Source of the DNA: a virus
Lineage: Duplodnaviria > Caudoviricetes
Strand: one strand, 5' to 3'
IMG/VR virus record: IMGVR_UViG_3300044638_004051
Location: 1-60,549 of that record
DNA length: 60,549 nucleotides
Program-made: the position numbers and the translations under genes
Shown here: in pieces, positions 25,985-32,145 of the stretch
Numbering within the stretch: position 1 is the stretch's first letter
Layout of the letters: each line of letters starts with the position of its first letter
Notes under the pieces: generated by a model
Told to the model about the DNA's origin: nothing
Seen by the model: the letters and a program-made list of their open reading frames with translations, nothing else
Databases searched by the model: none

Positions 25985-26764
25985 ATGGCTCGTCCGAATG
26001 GTGTGGTTCTCTACCGTGGCTATGGGTTTGACGGCACTCCCATCGTGGCAATCGCGGTGTTCGGTGAAAGCTCCAACTCCAAAACCGGGGGAATGATTCA
26101 AGTCCACATCCTGTGCGACAACGGTCAATCCCCTGTCGAGGCAGTGGTATCCGACGCAGACACTGCCATCTGTGATGGGTGCGTGTTGAAGGGCATCGCG
26201 TGGAAACTGCGTGGGTGCTACGTCAACGTGGCGACTGGTCCCGGTGCAGTCTGGCGGTGCTACATCGACGGCGGCTACCCGGACTACCAGCGTGCCGTGC
26301 ATGACGAGTATTTCGTGGGACGTGAGATCAGATGGGGTGCATATGGCGAGCCAGTGCTGATCCCACTGTCGATCATCTCGCACATCTGCGACCTGTCGAA
26401 CGGATGGTCTGGCTACACGCACCAGTGGCGGAAGGCTCGATACCGTCCGTATCGCCGGTACTTCATGGCGAGTACGCACACCATCGAGGACTGCCGGGAA
26501 GCCGTGAGTCTGGGATGGCGGTTCTTCAAGTCCGCCAACCAGCACACTGCCGAGGACATTGCCGCATTGCAGGCGATCACCCCCTGTTTCAACTGCCCCG
26601 CCAGTAAGGAACAAGGCCATCGGTTGCAGTGCTACCAGTGTCTGGCATGCAACGGACTTGAAACCCTGTCGGCCAACTACGCACAGCGTGCGTCAGTGTG
26701 GATCGACACGCACGGTGGGCTGGGCGTGATGCACACGTCGAAGCATCTGCCAATTCTCAACTGA
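25985..26764 (+). CDS. Cys-rich conserved phage protein (gp88-like / radical-SAM-derived family)
   Basis: SNSKTG, CDGC...CYV, RWGAYGEP, GYTHQW, CPAS...CYQCLAC. Confidence 0.6.
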   Translation: MARPNGVVLYRGYGFDGTPIVAIAVFGESSNSKTGGMIQVHILCDNGQSPVEAVVSDADTAICDGCVLKGIAWKLRGCYVNVATGPGAVWRCYIDGGYPDYQRAVHDEYFVGREIRWGAYGEPVLIPLSIISHICDLSNGWSGYTHQWRKARYRPYRRYFMASTHTIEDCREAVSLGWRFFKSANQHTAEDIAALQAITPCFNCPASKEQGHRLQCYQCLACNGLETLSANYAQRASVWIDTHGGLGVMHTSKHLPILN

Positions 26765-26945
26765 CAGCCCCAACGCTACGCCCCGTGACATACGGGGTAA
26801 CCGCGTAGTCCACGGCAAACGGGTAATGCCCGGCCACTCACGCACCACAACGTATGTGGGTGGCCGGGCCGCAGGGGGTGGAAGGGTGAGGGTAGGCCAG
26901 CCGGATGTTCCGGTGGGCATTTCAACAACAACGAAGGAGTGTCAC
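26765..26945 (+). repeat. Intergenic module copy 2
   Basis: CAGCCCCAACGCTACG at 26765; GCAGGGGGTGGAAGGGTGAGGG at 26871. Confidence 0.8.
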
Positions 26946-27299
26946 ATGACACACGCAGACGCAGTTCGCATGGTTCGTGGCAAGACCAACAAGACCAGCC
27001 GCAAGATCGGCAACAACACGTACGGAATCATTCACGACAACGGCGACGTGGGCATTGTGCTGCATAGCACGGAAGTGGTGACCATCCACGCGGACGGCAC
27101 GTATACCCTGCGATCCGGCGGGTGGCGGACAGTGACCACGAAGGATCGCATCAACACGTACTGCCCCTACCGTGTGACGCAGCGCAAGGGCGAGTGGTCC
27201 GTGTCTTACTGGAATGGCCACTCTCACAGCGACAGCATCGAGTTTGAAGACGGCATGTGCGTCAGTCACGACATGTTCAACCAGTTGGTCAACGCCTAA
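26946..27299 (+). CDS. Conserved small phage protein (GGWRTVTTKDRIN motif)
   Basis: AAGGAG RBS before ATG 26946. Confidence 0.7.
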   Translation: MTHADAVRMVRGKTNKTSRKIGNNTYGIIHDNGDVGIVLHSTEVVTIHADGTYTLRSGGWRTVTTKDRINTYCPYRVTQRKGEWSVSYWNGHSHSDSIEFEDGMCVSHDMFNQLVNA

Positions 27300-27327
27300 T
27301 CCCACACTCACAGAAAGGAACACTGCG

Positions 27328-27852
27328 ATGACACACGAAATCGAGCGATTCAATGTGGGCAATGTCACTGTCGTGATCACCCATGATCCCGATCCCCTCA
27401 ACCCGAGAAAGGAGTTCGACAATGCCGGGACAATGGTGTGCTTCCACAGACGCTATGCGTTGGGAGACACGCACGACTTCGGCACACCCGATGACTTCCG
27501 CACATGGCGGGCGGAGAACGAAGGCGACATTGTCGCGATCATGCCACTGTTTCTCTACGACCACAGTGGCCTGACAATGCGGACCACTCGCTTCGATTGC
27601 CCGTGGGATAGTGGGCAAGTGGGCTGGATTTACCTAACCCGCCAACGGCAGGAAGAGTGGGGCATTGCAGACCCCTCCGCCACACTCACGGTTGAAGTGG
27701 ACACATACGACGAATACCTGCAAGGGAGCGTCTATTGCTTCAGCATTGTGCAAGACGGGCAAGACGTTGACGGATCGTGCGGATACATCGGGCTGGATCA
27801 CTGCCGCACAGAGGCACGGCACACGGCCGAAGGGTACGCCTTGCAGCCCTGA
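27328..27852 (+). CDS. Conserved mobile-element protein (YDHSG...PWDSGQVG motif)
   Basis: AAAGGA RBS; motif typical of phage/ICE accessory genes. Confidence 0.7.
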   Translation: MTHEIERFNVGNVTVVITHDPDPLNPRKEFDNAGTMVCFHRRYALGDTHDFGTPDDFRTWRAENEGDIVAIMPLFLYDHSGLTMRTTRFDCPWDSGQVGWIYLTRQRQEEWGIADPSATLTVEVDTYDEYLQGSVYCFSIVQDGQDVDGSCGYIGLDHCRTEARHTAEGYALQP

Positions 27853-28028
27853 CGCTACGTCGTGCGAGTTCGCGATCATCGCGAATTGCTCGACACTATA
27901 TGCAAGAAGATTCCCCCCTCCGTTGTCACGGTGCCCATCCGGACAACGGCAGGGGGTGGAAGGGTAGGGGTGTGGCAAGCTGGCAACGTCGCCAGCCCCA
28001 CGGGTTCATTGTTTGAAAGGGTTACACC
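27844..28028 (+). repeat. Intergenic module copy 3
   Basis: CAGCCCTGACGCTACG at 27844; GGCAGGGGGTGGAAGGGTAGGGG at 27948. Confidence 0.8.
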
Positions 28029-28487
28029 ATGGCCGCGAAGACGAAGACTGCGACGAAGACTTTCACGGAAGCCGATTTTGAGGCTGAAATCGCACGACGG
28101 CTGGCGGAGAGGGAGAAGTCTGCGAAGGCCGCGAAGGATGCGGCAAAGGCCGCGAAGGATCGTCCGGGTTTGAATGCCATTCCCACGACGGAAGCGGACA
28201 CGGAAAACAACGTGTTGGCCCGGTGTGTGTACAACACGGGGGACCACGCCATTCACGGCACGGCCGTCATGGTCAACCACGACGGGAAGCATCTCCCGCG
28301 ATTCGGGCTGTCTGTCCGTGGCATCTTCCGGATTCCGGGGGACACGGACACTGACGCGGAACGGCTGGTTTCCGCGATGGTGGCAAAGGCCGAACACGCT
28401 CCGGCCATGCTCGCCATGCTCACCAAAGCCTACACCGCCGCCGCGAAAGGCCACACCTTCCGCGTGAAAGAGAAGGCCGCGAAGTAG
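28029..28487 (+). CDS. Hypothetical Ala/Lys-rich protein
   Basis: ORF between module copy 3 and a strong terminator. Confidence 0.7.
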   Translation: MAAKTKTATKTFTEADFEAEIARRLAEREKSAKAAKDAAKAAKDRPGLNAIPTTEADTENNVLARCVYNTGDHAIHGTAVMVNHDGKHLPRFGLSVRGIFRIPGDTDTDAERLVSAMVAKAEHAPAMLAMLTKAYTAAAKGHTFRVKEKAAK

Positions 28488-28494
28488 TCGCACG

Positions 28495-28525
28495 AATCCC
28501 CCGGGGAAACCCGGGGGATTTTTTT
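28495..28525 (+). terminator. Rho-independent terminator
   Basis: AATCCCCCGGG-GAAA-CCCGGGGGATT followed by a T run. Confidence 0.85.
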
Positions 28526-29197
28526 ATGTACCTACCTACTGGTGTACAAACGTACAGTATGGAAACAGGCGGCACTCTTTCATTCCCCACCCGCCACCAT
28601 GCGGCGAGTGATGGAACCTTCGACCCGGACGTAAGTGGCTGGCAGCAAAGGAGTTACGACAAGCCCACCCCGTCCACCCCCCAATCCATACATATATATA
28701 TATATGTCCCGCTCTTGGATTTTTTCCAGATTTGCAAAGGGGCAACAGCACCGTCTCGCAGCCCCCTGCTGCACCGTTTCGCAGCCGCTGTTGACATGCT
28801 GTCCATAACTAGAGCAGCAGGCTAGAGAGCATCCGGCAACCGCTACCGGCCCCGTGGCTCTGGCCGTGCAAGCCCGAGGCGTAACGCAGCCCGACAACGG
28901 CTTGGCGACGAGGTGGACCGGGCAGTGGCATACCAGCCCCGGGTGGAGCGATCCGCCCGGGGCTGTGCTGTTCCCAGTGACTACTCCGCAGTCCGCCAGC
29001 CACCACCCCCTAGAGATTCTGCCCAAAGATTTCTCTGGCTGCGTGTCGCAAGTGCCCTGCTACCAGCGTGTTCCAGATTCCAGAACGAGAGAGAAAGTCA
29101 TTCTTGTAGCTGTGCAGTTTGGTAAAGGTTCTGAATAACAAGCCTATCCCAGTAACCATCCCCGTAACGCTCTTGACAGGTTCTTACGCTGGGGGGC
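28526..29197. other. Large non-coding region; candidate genome terminus/pac site or origin
   Basis: (TA)n palindrome 28690-28707, C-runs, direct repeat 28748/28771, long hairpin 28934-28965. Confidence 0.45.
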
Positions 29198-29836
29198 ATG
29201 GGCCTAGACATCCTTACACCGAAGGGACAGGAGACGGTCGCTCAACTAGAGCGGGCGGTCTCTCTCTGGCACGGGCACCGGACCAACCGGATGTACGTTG
29301 CCACCCCTGCTGACGAGCCTGCCTCTGTAGATGCCGTCCTAGCGGATGGCGAGGGGGTTGTGCGGGCGGTTGTCGAGACCAAGTGCCGCAGCAACATCAG
29401 CTTGGAGGGGTTCCGCACCACCTTCAAGAACGAGTGGCTTGTCACGATGGACAAGCTGACAAGGGCGTGCCGGGTGAGCGAGATGCTGTGCGTCCCGCTG
29501 GTGGGCTTCCTCTATCTGGTGGACGAGGACGTGCTGCTCGTCCAGAAGCTGACCGACTCCAAAGGCCAGTTCTGCGTGCCTTTCCGGTGCGACAACACGG
29601 TGACGCAGAAGACCGTGAACGGAGGGGAGATTGTCAGAGCCAACGCCTACATCGACATGTCCAAGTGCCGGGTCTACGAACGAAGACCCTCTGGTGCGGT
29701 TGCATCGGGAGTACCGGGAGGAGTGCATCCGGCTGGGGAAGTATCGCCCCTTCAGTCCGGAGGAACTTCAGCAGGCCGAGGCCCGGCACAAGGCACGGTG
29801 CGACCGAATCCCGAACCAGCCCACACGAAAGCGTAA
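29198..29836 (+). CDS. PD-(D/E)XK nuclease-like protein
   Basis: VDAVL...VVETKCR. Confidence 0.6.
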   Translation: MGLDILTPKGQETVAQLERAVSLWHGHRTNRMYVATPADEPASVDAVLADGEGVVRAVVETKCRSNISLEGFRTTFKNEWLVTMDKLTRACRVSEMLCVPLVGFLYLVDEDVLLVQKLTDSKGQFCVPFRCDNTVTQKTVNGGEIVRANAYIDMSKCRVYERRPSGAVASGVPGGVHPAGEVSPLQSGGTSAGRGPAQGTVRPNPEPAHTKA

Positions 29837-29863
29837 GCACCCTCCGAAAGGTACGGCTGACTG

Positions 29864-30070
29864 ATGACCATGCCATACGAGCGTTACCGCGCCATCCACA
29901 ATACACGCGAGTTTCTGATGGATTTGCTCGATCCACGCAAGACTCCTCGCGTACCGAAACCAGTCCGCCAAGCGGCGGCTCGATGCTTGCGGCACTACCC
30001 CATGTCTCACGACATGGAACAGGTGGCCCGCAAGTGTCCGGCGACGTTTGGCACTGGCAAGTGTGATTAG
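29864..30070 (+). CDS. BPSL0761-like small protein
   Basis: MTMPYERYRA...TREFL..L...VR..A..CLRHYP. Confidence 0.7.
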   Translation: MTMPYERYRAIHNTREFLMDLLDPRKTPRVPKPVRQAAARCLRHYPMSHDMEQVARKCPATFGTGKCD

Positions 30071-30102
30071 GACCGACCCCAGCCAAGGAAGGAAGGATTC
30101 GT

Positions 30103-30402
30103 ATGCGTTGGTTTGTTCTTGCGTCTCTGCTTCTGACTGCGTCCGTTGCCAGTGCCGATAGCACCTACTATCGGTCTCGCACGGTCACTGTCTTCCGCTC
30201 CGCTCAGGAGGATGCGGATGACATGGCTCGGACTGGCGTTCTCCGCCACCGGGGCTGTTCGTCGTACGAAGGCGTAGGTTTCTCGACCGTGTCGGCCGAT
30301 CACGCCATTCGCAACTGCTGTTTCTGGGGCCAGCGGAAGGTCAGGGAGGTCGCGGTTGCTCGCGGCCCGCGTGGCTGGTTTGCCTGCGTCCGCTACTGGT
30401 GA
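30103..30402 (+). CDS. Secreted minimal CAP/SCP-like protein
   Basis: Signal peptide; AQ..A..MA..G.LRH...EGVG...NCC.WG...VARG..GWFAC. Confidence 0.6.
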   Translation: MRWFVLASLLLTASVASADSTYYRSRTVTVFRSAQEDADDMARTGVLRHRGCSSYEGVGFSTVSADHAIRNCCFWGQRKVREVAVARGPRGWFACVRYW

Positions 30403-30472
30403 TGTTCATCCCGGTTTCCGCAGGGTTCCGGTCCACCAAAAACCCTGCTTTCCATATTCGCGAAAGAAGAAA

Positions 30473-30994
30473 ATGACCAAGCGAGACAGCCAGTTGCGTG
30501 AGTACGCCAGCGAGGCAGCGGACATCGTCACCCGGCTGCGGGACCGGGCCTACTCGTTCAAAGCCCCCGATCCTTTGTTGGAGGAAGCGGCGGATGAGAT
30601 CGAGCGGCTGCGGCAATTTGATAGGTTGCAGCCTATCGAACCCGCCGCCGCTACACCCGCCACGCACGCTACACCGGGCGATGGTAGCTTGCAGGGCGAG
30701 GGTACATTGCCCCACTCGTATCGGGACAACGACGAAAAACGTGGCGTATCTGATACGAAAAGGGGGCCTGTGGCGTGGGCAATCCTTCACTTAGACCAGC
30801 AGTACGTCAGTCTTCTGCGAGAGATGGCAGAGGCTCACAATGTGTTTGCTGCGCCGATTGTACCGCTCTACCGCTCGCCCACGCTCACCAACGAGGAGCG
30901 GGAGGCGGTTGAGGCGGCAATCTCGTCCGAGTATTCAAGAGGCGCGTGGCACTGGGCAGACACGCTCCGCTCGCTGCTGGAGCGTCTCCAGTGA
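30473..30994 (+). CDS. Hypothetical mosaic phage protein
   Basis: DIVTRLR...EAADEIERLR and PVAW...PLY motifs common in phage accessory genes. Confidence 0.6.
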   Translation: MTKRDSQLREYASEAADIVTRLRDRAYSFKAPDPLLEEAADEIERLRQFDRLQPIEPAAATPATHATPGDGSLQGEGTLPHSYRDNDEKRGVSDTKRGPVAWAILHLDQQYVSLLREMAEAHNVFAAPIVPLYRSPTLTNEEREAVEAAISSEYSRGAWHWADTLRSLLERLQ

Positions 30995-31209
30995 TCACTC
31001 GCATCCACATCAATCAGCACATCATCCGCGCCAATAAGAAGCATGGGCTTAATGAGGCACCCATCTCAATAAAGCGAGGCGGGAAAGTCATCAAAGCGAA
31101 CGAGGTAGAGGTACACGGACCATGCACCGTTGTGTATAGTCCCTGCAAGCCTCTGTCGTGCGGTGCCCGGGTGTGGATCGAGACCACGGCAGACATCACC
31201 ATCAAGTGA
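30991..31209 (+). CDS. Conserved small phage protein
   Basis: IHINQHIIRAN...PLSCGARVWIET. Confidence 0.7.
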   Translation: MITRIHINQHIIRANKKHGLNEAPISIKRGGKVIKANEVEVHGPCTVVYSPCKPLSCGARVWIETTADITIK

Positions 31210-31216
31210 GGTAGGC

Positions 31217-31483
31217 ATGAGCATCATCAGCAAAGGTCGGAAGTATGAGTGCATGGGTGGCCCTCTGTGTGGAACACGGGTGCCAGCACATGCAGATGAC
31301 GGCATGTACACGGTGGACGATCACGGCAGGCCGCACTTCTACCGCCTGATCCGTGTGATCAGACCTCCGAACGAGGTGGCAACCTACTACCACTACTTCG
31401 GAAGCAACCGTGCGGTAGCGGAAAACGCCCATCCGACACTGCGGCCACACGAACGCATGTTCCGCGCACGCAAGCGCAAATAG
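31217..31483 (+). CDS. Hypothetical protein
   Basis: GAGG RBS; GGPLCG motif. Confidence 0.6.
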   Translation: MSIISKGRKYECMGGPLCGTRVPAHADDGMYTVDDHGRPHFYRLIRVIRPPNEVATYYHYFGSNRAVAENAHPTLRPHERMFRARKRK

Positions 31484-31520
31484 CTCCCTCTCGACCTAGC
31501 CGCCTAGCCAGCGGCATGTG

Positions 31521-31567
31521 CGGCCCCCGGCGTCTTATCCTTTCAACGCCGGGGGCCGTTTCTTTTT
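31521..31567 (+). terminator. Rho-independent terminator
   Basis: CGGCCCCCGGCGT/ACGCCGGGGGCCG stem followed by TTTCTTTTT. Confidence 0.8.
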
Positions 31568-31614
31568 GCCCATAAGTAAGAAAGACAGTTTGTTCTTTCT
31601 TACAGGAGACAGCC

Positions 31615-31770
31615 ATGCCAAGGGGCGTGCCGAAGAGCGACGGGCAGAAGATTGGCGAGAAATTCGATCTGGAGTACCGCAAGATGAAGCGGTCTCGCAA
31701 GGACGAGCGAGCGGCCAAGAAGGGCTGCAAAGATTGCGGCTGCAAGGGCAAATGCACCTGCGGGAAGTAG
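31615..31770 (+). CDS. Small basic Cys-rich protein (not in ORF track)
   Basis: AGGAG RBS; MPRGVPKS...KKGCKDCGCKGKCTCGK. Confidence 0.6.
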   Translation: MPRGVPKSDGQKIGEKFDLEYRKMKRSRKDERAAKKGCKDCGCKGKCTCGK

Positions 31771-31773
31771 GTC

Positions 31774-32145
31774 ATGGGCGGCACGGCCACAATCGAAGAA
31801 CTGCAACGGTACGTGTGGGAGTTGCTGCCCACGCGGAAGCTCGCGATTGACCGCGAAATCGCTAACGACGCGATCATCGTTGCCGTACAGTGCTGGCCTG
31901 TCGAGGTACTGTCGCAGGCCGCAGTGGGATCGCAGGAGTGCGTGCAGGCGTTGAACTCGCTTGTCAATGACATCCGCCGCATGCTGTCCTGCATCTACGG
32001 TGCCGACCGCTTCATGGCTTACTGGACTGTTGGGTTGCGCACCCTGATACCGAATGCGGTCGAGATCATCTACGACTGGTGGAGAAGGCGGAAAGACAAC
32101 CGGGCCAAGATCATTACGTGGCGAAGGAAGTGGGTGGTTGAATGA
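31774..32145 (+). CDS. Hypothetical protein
   Basis: ORF ATGA-coupled to the next gene. Confidence 0.6.
   Translation: MGGTATIEELQRYVWELLPTRKLAIDREIANDAIIVAVQCWPVEVLSQAAVGSQECVQALNSLVNDIRRMLSCIYGADRFMAYWTVGLRTLIPNAVEIIYDWWRRRKDNRAKIITWRRKWVVE

Noticed and set aside
25810-28028. CRISPR array or classical integron
   Set aside because: Repeats are ~1 kb apart and separated by genes; no cas genes; no clear attC RYYYAAC/GTTRRRY ends; the integrase lacks evident IntI features
28526-29138. Short ORFs in the large gap
   Set aside because: No RBS or coding-like composition; they cross the (TA)n tract and hairpins
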